A stretch of DNA of 63,497 nucleotides, filler included, from Reclinomonas americana ATCC 50394 (GCA_048213135.1; 11 parts of 11 records of this genome joined end to end with filler, not necessarily neighbours in it); one strand, 5' to 3'. Shown: positions 21,404 through 30,340, counted from the first letter of the whole stretch. Notes: a model not told the origin generated them from the letters alone. Numbers and translations are program-made.

Positions 21404-21979
21404 TTATATTACTGATAAATTAATTCACGTTCAGCGCGCTGCCGTGGCTTCCGCGCGTTGGCCTTCATCACTGGCGGCGTTCCGCCGAAGCCTGTGCGTG
21501 GCCCTCGGTCAATTGGCCCGGCCCTCGACAATTCAAATCAACCGGTCTGGCACACGCGCTTCTCGCTGAGCATTCCGCACCACCCCCTGGCTATTGCTTG
21601 AATCAATGGAGCCCTGCATGGCGGTCCATCGGCGCTGTAGCTTGCGCAATCGACAATCTACGACTGGAAACGCTCCTCATGGGCGGCGTCGGTTCGCCGG
21701 CTCGCTCGGGTATCGAAGGTTGGCGGCCCAACTTCGACTGGCGGTCGAGCAGCTTGGCGACGAATACCAGTTGGCTTTGCTGGACGAGGATTTCGACGAC
21801 CTCGTCTGCGAGCCTGGCCGTTTGCTGCAAATGGCGAACCAAAGCTGAGCCTCGCCCAACCCCCGACTATCGCGCGCCTGGTCTTGCAGAAGGCCGCCAC
21901 AGTCGGCGCGCGCTCTGGCACGTCCAATAGCCCGCATGGCGCTGAAGCAATCTCCATCCTGAAGACCGAAGGAGACACG

Positions 21980-22319
21980 ATGCGACGAAGCAAATCCCAG
22001 TCGACGGCCAAAAATGGCAGCGATGCCCGCACCGACCTGCTCGCGCGCGCCTATCTCGAAATCATGGCGAGGGAGGCGGGGGCAAAGATCAAGCCGATGC
22101 TTCGCGGGAAGGTCGATGAAATCGATCGCCTCATCGAGGATCTCGATGGCGACATCGGTGATGCCGGGGTCACGCCGCTCCGCGCGGATCTCGCCGCTCT
22201 GACCATTCTGATTGCCCGCGCCATTGAAGCGGAGCCAGGTCTGGCGCGCCGGCTGCGACGTGAAGCTCCTGTCGTCGCCATCAGTACGCACAGCCCCCAT
22301 TCGTCGAGATGGCGAAGGA
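21980..22319 (+). CDS. 5' part of a gene, probably the N-terminus of the FtsH-like AAA/M41 protein continued after the gap
   Basis: RBS AAGGAGA, ATG 21980, open to the gap, no transmembrane helix seen; the link to the next block is inferred. Confidence 0.55.
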
Positions 22320-22419
22320 NNNNNNNNNNNNNNNNNNNNNNNNNNNNNNNNNNNNNNNNNNNNTTAATTAATTAANNNNNNNNNNNNNNNNNNNNNNNNN
22401 NNNNNNNNNNNNNNNNNNN
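22320..22419. other. Artificial linker/gap
   Basis: 44 N + TTAATTAATTAA + 44 N. Confidence 0.99.
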
Positions 22420-23197
22420 TTTCGTTTCACTAGTTCGGCCGCGAGGTTCCTTCCCGACGAGGACCTTGTTCCGTCGCGTGGCGGCGACGGGGGCAACAGG
22501 CGCCGACGTGGAGGCATTCGTCCGCCGCGCCAAAGGAACGGCCCGGCGCGCCGGTCGAGACCTTACCCTCGATGACCTGATGGCAACCGTGGCTGAGAAC
22601 GCGCCGGTTCTTCTGCCTCAGGACCGTTGGCGCATAGCAGTTCATGAAAGTGGCCATGCATTGGTCTCCCATGCGCTCAATACCGGCACCGTCTGGGGGA
22701 TCTCGATACACACGAGAGGCGGGTGCTTCGAATTCCAGAGCGAACTCACAGGTTCGGCGACGTTTGACCGCCTCCAGCGAGAGATCTCCGTGCTTCTCGG
22801 TGGTCGCGAAGCTGAACGCCTCGTCCTGGGCGAAGTGAGCATTGGTTCAGGGATGAATCTCGACTCCGATCTGGGCCGGGCGACTGGGTTCGCCCTTCTG
22901 ATCGAAACGCAGTGTGGAATGGGTCGACTAGGCAGAGCTTACATGGCCGAGGTGACGGGACTCGGCAGCTCGCCGGACCTCCACACCGCGGTGAACGCGC
23001 AGCTCAAGGAAGCAGAGGAGCGGGCCGCAGAAATCCTGGCGCCGCAGCAGGTGGCACTTGTGGCGCTGGCGACGGCCTTGGACCGGCGGGGCTATCTGTC
23101 CCGTGCGGAAATTGAAGCCATCCTCCGCGACAGCCGGCCGGCAGAACAGTCGGCTGTTGGAGAGCGGCCGGCTCAGGAATTCGCGAGGACCGCATGA
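22420..23197 (+). CDS. C-terminal part of an FtsH-like AAA ATPase / peptidase M41 protein
   Basis: AAA-lid-like TGATGADVEAFVRRA, zinc motif AVHESGHA, LLGGREAERLVLGEVSIGS, DSDL; Walker motifs not visible (presumably in the gap). Confidence 0.85.
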
Positions 23198-23406
23198 TGC
23201 GTCTCCATGAGGACGAAAGCGAGGCGTCGAGCCCTTCTAAGAACGGAGAGGCAATCCTCCTCGAGGAGGTCCACGCATTGGCCGCGAGCCTAGGGGTTGA
23301 GCCAGAGCGCGCGATACGCGCGCTCTCGATGGTCATCCGAAGGCGCACCGCGTTCGAGCGCCTCAAGCGCTCGGCCAACGAGCCCCTACGCGGCGCTCAT
23401 CGCTGA
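23194..23406 (+). CDS. Small hypothetical protein
   Basis: ATGA overlap with the M41 gene; 70 aa, helical character. Confidence 0.45.
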   Translation: MMRLHEDESEASSPSKNGEAILLEEVHALAASLGVEPERAIRALSMVIRRRTAFERLKRSANEPLRGAHR

Positions 23407-23467
23407 CCGAACTGCCTTTCTGACACCTGAGAAGGGGTCTCTTCCCTCAAAGACGAGGAGCGGCGAA

Positions 23468-24262
23468 ATGCGCCTGCTTGTGATGTCGGATCTGCATCTG
23501 GAGTTCACTTGCTTCAGCTTTCCGGACGATCTGCCCGAGTTCGATGTCGCCGTATTTGCAGGCGACATAGGGTGCCCGTTGGCGGCGACGATAGAATGGA
23601 TCGAGCGCAAGCGTCGTGGGCCACTGCGCGGCCGTCCGGTCGTCTTCGTGCCGGGCAACCACGAGTTTTATGGCACCGAGATCAATGGCGCGTTGAGCGA
23701 TGGTCGCGCCCGGGCCGAACGGTATGGAATCCATATGCTCTCGCCAGGCGGCGTTGCGTTGGCTGGCGTGCGCTTTGTCGGATCGACGCTCTGGACCGAC
23801 TACCAACTGTTTCGAAATCCGCGGAGCGCTCGCCGGGAAGCGCAACGAGAGATGAACGATCACAGGCGGATAAAGATTGGCCAAGGCGAGCAGTGCCGGC
23901 TCTTCAGACCTGCAGACGCTGCGGAGTTTCATCAGCGCGACGTATCCGAAATGACCCGGCTACTTGCTGAACCATTCGATGGAACTACCGTCGTGGTAAC
24001 TCACCACGCGCCTCATCCGAATTCGGTTCAGTCGATCTATGACAGAGACCCTTTGGCCCCAGCATTTGCATCTGATCTATCCGAGGTGATTGAGCGCTTT
24101 CAGCCTGATCTTTGGATCCATGGCCACGACCATGGATCCCACGACTATTACGTCGGAAAAACACGCATTCTGACCAACCAGGCTGGTTATCCCAGGCGCG
24201 GCGGAATCCGTGAGAACCCGGACTTCGATCCTCGGCTAGTCGTCCAGGTCGGAACGAAATAG
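23468..24262 (+). CDS. Calcineurin-like metallophosphoesterase
   Basis: SDLHLE, AGDI, VPGNHEFY, VVTHHAP, WIHGHDH; RBS GAGGAG. Confidence 0.95.
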   Translation: MRLLVMSDLHLEFTCFSFPDDLPEFDVAVFAGDIGCPLAATIEWIERKRRGPLRGRPVVFVPGNHEFYGTEINGALSDGRARAERYGIHMLSPGGVALAGVRFVGSTLWTDYQLFRNPRSARREAQREMNDHRRIKIGQGEQCRLFRPADAAEFHQRDVSEMTRLLAEPFDGTTVVVTHHAPHPNSVQSIYDRDPLAPAFASDLSEVIERFQPDLWIHGHDHGSHDYYVGKTRILTNQAGYPRRGGIRENPDFDPRLVVQVGTK

Positions 24263-24358
24263 GCGCCGCAGCGACAAACAATTGCCTCCGCTCATCCTGT
24301 GAGCGGGTGAGAGGTCGCCTGTTGTTCGCCGGACACTCAGATCGCAAGGAGAACGGCC

Positions 24359-24706
24359 ATGCGAACGCTGGAAGAAAAGCGTGCGGCTGCAATCGAGGAT
24401 CTGCGGCGGCTCAAAGACGGCTGGCGTCCGACCGAAGCGGACCTGTTGGACGCCGTTGGCATTGAGCGATGGGAGGTAAGAGGAAGTCCAGGGACCCGCG
24501 AGCAATTCCTATGGGGATTCGCGATCAACCATCCGCGCTTGGGAAGTCGGGCGATCCGAACGAGCAGGGTGCTCTGGATTAGCGAGGACGGGACCGTCGC
24601 TCGCACATTCAGTCGTTGGTATCGATTAGGCGAGCGGGCTAGGTCGATGCCAAACAAGCCGACAGTCGACGAGCCCGAGGCGGACGTGCTGGGGCCCCCT
24701 CTTTAA
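24359..24706 (+). CDS. DUF6634-like protein
   Basis: PTEADLLDA...W...LWG...HPRLG...IRTS...ARTFSRWYRLG signature; RBS AAGGAG. Confidence 0.78.
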   Translation: MRTLEEKRAAAIEDLRRLKDGWRPTEADLLDAVGIERWEVRGSPGTREQFLWGFAINHPRLGSRAIRTSRVLWISEDGTVARTFSRWYRLGERARSMPNKPTVDEPEADVLGPPL

Positions 24707-24747
24707 GCGTGGCGATGAAGGCCACCTCCGCACTAGATTTCTGAAGC

Positions 24748-25356
24748 CTATTCGAGTCGCTGGGATAACTCGCTTTCAATCTGTCGGTCGTATCGAACGA
24801 TCGCAGCCTTCAAAAAGGCCGGGACAGACTCCTCGTGCAGGCACACGACTTTTGGGCCTTTGCGACCCTTCAACGTTACTCTCAGTTTTTGACCACTGAC
24901 GGCTACTTCCCTGCCTGCCAAGGTGAGATCGACTAGGCGCTTCATTAGTTCCGATGCCGCCGGACGCGCATATTCGGGAACGAGCTTCATTACTCGGGCT
25001 GGCGTAAAGAGAGGCGGAGCGATTTCCTTGCACAGGGCTGGGATGTCGTCGGCGTGCAGGCACCAGCGTCCCTGCCGATAGACGCGGAACACCTGAAAGC
25101 GCACGACCTCCTTGCCCATAAGCGGTTGGCGGCCAGCCTCAACGCAGGAAATGGCGTTTCGCCAACCCCTCAGTATCCGATTAAGGTCGGAGCCCGCGAG
25201 ACCTGTGCGCAAAACGTCGGGCGCAGTGAGCCATCCTTCCGGCTTCGGCTGCAATAACGCTACCGAGCCCCGCCCAACAAGACGGTCCCAGGCAGGGTGC
25301 ATGCCGCTGGTAGACCTTAAGCTGAGCAGAGATTCTGTCGTCTCAGGCGTCTTCAT
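24748..25356 (-). CDS. Hypothetical basic protein with internal duplication
   Basis: 202-aa ORF with RBS GAGGAG; repeated motif CLHADDIPAL / CLHEESVPAF. Confidence 0.65.
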   Translation of the reverse strand: MKTPETTESLLSLRSTSGMHPAWDRLVGRGSVALLQPKPEGWLTAPDVLRTGLAGSDLNRILRGWRNAISCVEAGRQPLMGKEVVRFQVFRVYRQGRWCLHADDIPALCKEIAPPLFTPARVMKLVPEYARPAASELMKRLVDLTLAGREVAVSGQKLRVTLKGRKGPKVVCLHEESVPAFLKAAIVRYDRQIESELSQRLE

Positions 25357-25569
25357 ATGATGCTCCTCTGATCAGGAGCAGGGATAATTTGATTGAATGA
25401 AAGCCACACGCGTTAATAGGAATGTCCCGATTTGGAACTGCCTCAGGTCGATGGCGTGCGCATCTTTAAAATTGCAGACTCTGAATAGGTACTTGCAGAA
25501 CCAAAATAACAACCAAGCTCAAACGACGTATATATTCATATTTACAGACCATGGCGCGACAAAGTACGT

Positions 25570-26310
25570 TCTCCGTTATGTCTAACGGTACGATCATACG
25601 CTCCCTCTCGGGATGCTTTAGCGCGGGCATTTTGCCTGCCGTCGCACCGTTCGTGTCGACGGCAGCATAGCCCGTCCACTACGGCAAATCCCCCAAGAGC
25701 GAACGAGTCGGGATCAACTTCCCGACGATCGACCGTTGTCAGTGTCCAGCCTCTGGACACTGAGCAACTGTTGCTGAAGGGCCGACGGGGTCTTCAGAAC
25801 CGGTTGCGACTATGTCGCAACATCCCTTCCCTAGCAGGCTGNNNNNNNNNNNNNNNNNNNNNNNNNNNNNNNNNNNNNNNNNNNNTTAATTAATTAANNN
25901 NNNNNNNNNNNNNNNNNNNNNNNNNNNNNNNNNNNNNNNNNCTAGGCCAGGGGAAGGACCAGTCGGAGATCCAAGTCACCAGTTCAGGCTGGCTAAATGA
26001 AACGCCGGGAAAGCGTTGGCGCGCTTCCCCGGCGTTGGAACGGGCTTGGTCGCCCTGTTCCGCGGAGCATTGTTAGACACCCGCCCCTGAAGGCGGAGCT
26101 TCGTTCAGTGAAATCAACATGCACGGAGAGCAATGATGATCATTCTGACGAAGACCTGAAGAACTCAGGCGTACACCCAAGATTTTCACGGCTATGCTTC
26201 CGCTCTCTAGAGGCCCATTTCTGGCCCTCTACGATAACAGCTCTGCATAACCGCTCAGTCGTTCGACATCAATCCCCGGAGCGAACCTCCGCGGGAATTG
26301 GAGACGGTTA
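25570..26310. ncRNA. Candidate large structured non-coding RNA or leader (spans one gap)
   Basis: More than ten stem-loops nearly end to end with no convincing ORF; see findings. Strand undetermined. Confidence 0.5.
25842..25941. other. Artificial linker/gap
   Basis: 44 N + TTAATTAATTAA + 44 N. Confidence 0.99.
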
Positions 26311-26311
26311 C

Positions 26312-26614
26312 ATGAATTCATCCCTACCAATGCCCTACCAGATGCATTCAAATTCTCAGAATGCAGGCTCGGGCGCAGCGACTTCGCTTGCTGCTGGCCG
26401 CGATCGGACCGGCAAAAAGCGCACAAAGCAGGCAAAGCCGGGCCGGATTCGGTCGGCTCTGAGCTCAGACCTCGAAGCTAGCGTGCACGAGGAGTCCTTC
26501 GAGCTCGACCTCCTGCTCCCGACGACGAGCGGGTGGCGTCGACCTTCGCTCCGCATCAGCGCGGACTGCGAATTCGGCGTCATCCGCGACGTGGCACTCT
26601 CCTTCGACAGGTGA
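26312..26614 (+). CDS. 100-aa protein whose C-terminus resembles the TnsB catalytic-domain beta-strands
   Basis: RBS GGAG at 26300; ELDLLL...RPSL...D...GVI...LSFD aligns by eye to the local TnsB; stop 4 bp before the next ATG. Confidence 0.6.
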   Translation: MNSSLPMPYQMHSNSQNAGSGAATSLAAGRDRTGKKRTKQAKPGRIRSALSSDLEASVHEESFELDLLLPTTSGWRRPSLRISADCEFGVIRDVALSFDR

Positions 26615-26618
26615 ACCG

Positions 26619-27413
26619 ATGATCGATCTCATCAAAACTCTTCCTGCGCTCGACGCGGACTCCCCCTCGTTTGCGAGCCCGCCGTGCCTGGGGCTGCAAG
26701 TTCAAACAGCTTCACCGCTGCCGTCGCCCTCTCGCATGGGCTCAATCAGCGTCATCGAGACCTTCAAGGCCAGGAATTCGATCTTGGCTTTCGACAGCCT
26801 GGAGGCCGCTGCCTTTCACGAGGCGGCAGCGGATCCGCATGTCGAACTGATCGTGCCGCGTCCTCACCGATTGCTGGCTGACGTGACGGTCGGAGGTCAG
26901 TCCCGCATCGTGGCGTTCCGTCCGCTGCTCCTGACCACGGGAGCGCGCGGGACCAGCGTGGTAGCTGTCCGCTATTCCTGGGAGCGCGCCAAGCCGGACT
27001 GTCGGGAGCTCGAAGCTGCGCTGACGCGCGTCTATCGTCGCGATCATGGTGTGGGGCTTCGCTGGCGCACCGAACTCCAGCTGTTTGCCGAACCGCGCCG
27101 CTTCAATCGACGTCGGCTGGCCTCCTGTGCGGAGCGCGCTGATCCGGAGCTGACGGCCTCGATCATCTCAATGCTTCAGCGCTCGGATGGCCGAATCACC
27201 GTCAAGCGGCTCAACCGCGAGCTTGGCGGGAAGCTCGGCTGGCAGACTTTCCTTGAGCGGCTCATCCCGATCCACGTCGACGGGTTCATCGAACTCGCGC
27301 TCGAACGAGAGCTCACCGAGCTGACGCTCGTCAAGCTCGCGGCGCCGCCGCGCAGTCCACGCGCAGTGAAGCCGGATCGCTCTCGCGCCGGCTCGGTCCT
27401 GGAGTTCGCGTGA
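26619..27413 (+). CDS. TnsA-like protein with degenerate nuclease active site
   Basis: TnsA-like pattern (FK..., DSLE, DPHV, TELQL..EPR..N, C-terminal wHTH), but FRPLL and VAVRY replace PD and (D/E)xK. Confidence 0.72.
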   Translation: MIDLIKTLPALDADSPSFASPPCLGLQVQTASPLPSPSRMGSISVIETFKARNSILAFDSLEAAAFHEAAADPHVELIVPRPHRLLADVTVGGQSRIVAFRPLLLTTGARGTSVVAVRYSWERAKPDCRELEAALTRVYRRDHGVGLRWRTELQLFAEPRRFNRRRLASCAERADPELTASIISMLQRSDGRITVKRLNRELGGKLGWQTFLERLIPIHVDGFIELALERELTELTLVKLAAPPRSPRAVKPDRSRAGSVLEFA

Positions 27414-28126
27414 TGAAACGGAAGCGACCTTCAGTTCATCCGTCGAAGTTGGGCATTCACGCGGGAGCGCAGCCGTGTGGGCCCGACTGGTCGCGGGGCT
27501 CACACCAGTCTTGGCAGGGAACATTCGCGAGCGGGAAGGTCCTCGGGCCGTCACCCTATCGATCTTTCCTTGAGCGGGACTGCCTCACCCTTCTCGAGGC
27601 CAATCCGGCAATCACCGCCTTTAGCGTAGAGCCGCATATGTTGACGTACTCGATCCCGAATGCCGCCGGCGGCTTCGAGCCGCGGACGTACGTCCCGGAT
27701 TTTGGCCTGATCACGGCAGACGGGCAGATCTTGATCGTCGACGCCAAGGCCGAGGCGTTGCGGCAGATGGCAAGCTGGACAAGGCGCGAACCGCATATCC
27801 GGCAAGCCTATGCCGTCCAGCACGGCGTGCGGTTTCTGGTGCTTACGGAAGCGGCGATCCGTAAGCAGCCACGCCTCGCAAATTGCGAGGAGATGCTGGC
27901 GCATCGCGAGCCGGGAAATGACCCCGCCGCACTCTCGGCTATGCGGGACGTCCTCGCCATGGTCGAGGGTTCCTCGACCATTGGCGCTCTGACCGCCGCA
28001 GCGGCGCTCGTTTCTCCACCAGGTCAAGATCGCGCCTTCACCGCGATCATGCGCCTCGCGCTTCGAGGTGAGATCAAGATCGACCTCTCCCATCCGTTTT
28101 CTGCGACCACGGCTGTTCGCCGCTGA
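27410..28126 (+). CDS. tnsA: TnsA endonuclease
   Basis: RSFLERD, EANPAI...EP, YVPDF, IVDAK (PD-(D/E)xK intact), LTEAAIRKQPRLAN. Confidence 0.9.
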   Translation: MMKRKRPSVHPSKLGIHAGAQPCGPDWSRGSHQSWQGTFASGKVLGPSPYRSFLERDCLTLLEANPAITAFSVEPHMLTYSIPNAAGGFEPRTYVPDFGLITADGQILIVDAKAEALRQMASWTRREPHIRQAYAVQHGVRFLVLTEAAIRKQPRLANCEEMLAHREPGNDPAALSAMRDVLAMVEGSSTIGALTAAAALVSPPGQDRAFTAIMRLALRGEIKIDLSHPFSATTAVRR

Positions 28127-28150
28127 TCGTCGTGCATTCAGGTCAACCTC

Positions 28151-30340
28151 ATGACTTTGCAGTTTTCTCACTCCACCTTTTTGTCGCCTCTTCCGGTCCC
28201 TCGTTTCGAGTTCGACCAAGGACAGCCCCTGTTCATCAACGGCTCCGAATGCCTGTTCGAACGGCGGATCGGTGAGCGGCACCAGTTTCTGGACATTGCC
28301 TCGAAGGAGCCTCACTTCCTCACGGACTCCGAGGTGGCGGCGCTCGCCGCCGATGGTCAGTTTCATCCGGGTTTCGAGGATCCTCGCAGGCACGCGGGCG
28401 GCGTCGTGCATCCGTTCGCGGTTTCCGACGAGCAGAAGGTACAGAACCTCCGCAAGCACGAGTACGTGGTCGCCTGTTTGCAGGCGCCAGCGGGTTTCGC
28501 GCGCTCACGCAAACGCCTTGAACCCGCGATCGCAGCCGTCGCCAAGCAACGCGGCGAAAAGGCCCCCCATTTCACGACGGTATTGGCGTGGATCGACGAG
28601 TCTCAAATGCTCGGCGATCAGTTTGGCACCGCTGCCCATACAGATCGTTTCGATCTGCGCGGGCCACGAGTTCCGAAGCTCGCCGCCATCCACGAACATG
28701 CCCTTGAGCGGGGTATCAAACGCTGGCTTCTGCATCCGAAGATGACCATGCTCTTGGCCTACGCCAAGGTCGTCTCGACGATGCGCGCCTACGAGCGGAA
28801 GTTGGGAAAGTCGGTCGTCGCGCGGCTCGACCAGACAATTCTGGATGAGCAGGGGCGGCTTAGGATTCCCTCGCTCTCGACCTTCCAGCGCCGGTGCAAT
28901 GCGATCGATCGCTACACGCGGGACCTACACAAGATCGGTCCTCGCCACGCCGCGCTCGCGAACAGGACGTACACAACACGCGAGAAGCCCGACATCCCTT
29001 ACGAGCATGTCGAGGTCGACCACTGCACGCTCGATCTGCTGGTCGTTCACGAGCAAGGCGCGATTCTAGGGCGTCCCGACCTCGTGACGTTCCGCGATCG
29101 CGCGACCGGCATGATCCTCGGTATCGGGCTCGGATTTGAAGTTCCCTCCTACGCGAGCTTCCTCGAGGGACTGCGTCACGCGACTTTTCCCAAGGATCTC
29201 CGACCCTATCCGAGCGTGACCAATCCCTGGCCGTGCTATGGGCGCATCCGCAACCTCTACGTCGACAACGCCCTGCATTTCATCGGCGACAGCATCAAGG
29301 CCGCCGGGAAAGAGCTCAAATTCAACCTTGTGAAGTTCCGTCCGCGCGAGCCATGGCTCAAGGGTGCGCTAGAGCGGTTTTTCGGCACAATCAATACTGG
29401 CCTCGTCCATATGCTCCCCGGTACGACGCTCCAGAACATTCTGGAGCGTAGGAAGATCGAGGAGCTCGACGAGCCGTGCCTGACCCTTCGAGAGTTCAAG
29501 GCGCTGCTGCATTTTTGGATCTGCGAGATCTATCACGCGCAGAACAATAAGGGCCTTGGACTGATCCCAGGTATCGGGCTGCCACCGCTGGCTGCTTGGG
29601 CGGATAAGGCCAAAGATCTCAGGACTCCGCCTTTGCCCTCTCCGGACCTGTTCACAGCGCTCGCGGGAGAGGTCAAGTACAAGACGATTCAGAACGACGG
29701 CATTGCTTGGGATCACATCAAATACGAAGGCGCGGGCCTTTCAAAGATCTTGACAAACCCGAAGCATCGGAACCGCGGACGGCACGGCGGAGCAACCTCC
29801 TACAAGGTGGTCAGAAACCCATCTGACCTCTCGAAGATCTTCGTCGTGAACCACCACACGGACGAGATCGAAGAGATTCCCGCCGCTGAGGCATATCGGA
29901 AGTACACGTCCGATCTGACCGCATTTCAGCATGACGTGATGCGGGCGCACGCGCGCGCGCAACGCGACGGCGCGATCAATGTCGAAAAGCTGATGGCCGT
30001 GAAAGACCGCCTTTCGGACATCGTCGCCGCATTGCTCCAAGGGAAACAGCGGCGGGTCATGTCCAGGCGATTGGGCCGATACCTGGATGCTGAAGAGCGA
30101 CGCCGCATTCCGAGCCAGATCGCGCTGCCGAACAGCGATGCGGCGGCCGCCGCTGCGCACATCGACGTTGTTGCGGAAGCTGCCGCGCCTGTCGAGCTGA
30201 AGCAGCCTTCGTCGACGGCAGCCTCCGCCGAAGCAGCTCCGGGTTCGGCCCCCACGCTGCTCGGTTTCGCTCCTCTCGAACGGGACGATGAAGACGACGC
30301 GCTCTTCGACCAGCTCAAGTCCGAAAAGAATTGGAAGTGA
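28151..30340 (+). CDS. tnsB: TnsB DDE transposase (Mu/Tn7 type)
   Basis: HVEVDHC (D), LYVDNALHF (D), KGALERFF (E), PSLSTFQR HTH, Mu-like C-terminal region, acidic tail. Confidence 0.95.
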   Translation: MTLQFSHSTFLSPLPVPRFEFDQGQPLFINGSECLFERRIGERHQFLDIASKEPHFLTDSEVAALAADGQFHPGFEDPRRHAGGVVHPFAVSDEQKVQNLRKHEYVVACLQAPAGFARSRKRLEPAIAAVAKQRGEKAPHFTTVLAWIDESQMLGDQFGTAAHTDRFDLRGPRVPKLAAIHEHALERGIKRWLLHPKMTMLLAYAKVVSTMRAYERKLGKSVVARLDQTILDEQGRLRIPSLSTFQRRCNAIDRYTRDLHKIGPRHAALANRTYTTREKPDIPYEHVEVDHCTLDLLVVHEQGAILGRPDLVTFRDRATGMILGIGLGFEVPSYASFLEGLRHATFPKDLRPYPSVTNPWPCYGRIRNLYVDNALHFIGDSIKAAGKELKFNLVKFRPREPWLKGALERFFGTINTGLVHMLPGTTLQNILERRKIEELDEPCLTLREFKALLHFWICEIYHAQNNKGLGLIPGIGLPPLAAWADKAKDLRTPPLPSPDLFTALAGEVKYKTIQNDGIAWDHIKYEGAGLSKILTNPKHRNRGRHGGATSYKVVRNPSDLSKIFVVNHHTDEIEEIPAAEAYRKYTSDLTAFQHDVMRAHARAQRDGAINVEKLMAVKDRLSDIVAALLQGKQRRVMSRRLGRYLDAEERRRIPSQIALPNSDAAAAAAHIDVVAEAAAPVELKQPSSTAASAEAAPGSAPTLLGFAPLERDDEDDALFDQLKSEKNWK

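Noticed and set aside
26145..26190. Hammerhead ribozyme (CTGACGA followed by a stem)
   Set aside because: The required GAAA after stem II is absent (CGTACAC follows).
25357..26311. CRISPR array / CAST guide locus
   Set aside because: No direct repeats with spacers and no cas gene in the window; the hairpins differ in sequence.
20446..26311. Tn7-like terminal repeats (TGT end with repeated TnsB sites)
   Set aside because: I could not find a convincing set of repeated binding sites by eye; the ends may lie in gaps or outside the window.
25997..26311. 205-aa ORF 25997-26614 as the real gene
   Set aside because: The upstream part lacks an RBS and overlaps the hairpin tract; ATG 26312 has GGAG at suitable spacing. 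Cannot be fully excluded.
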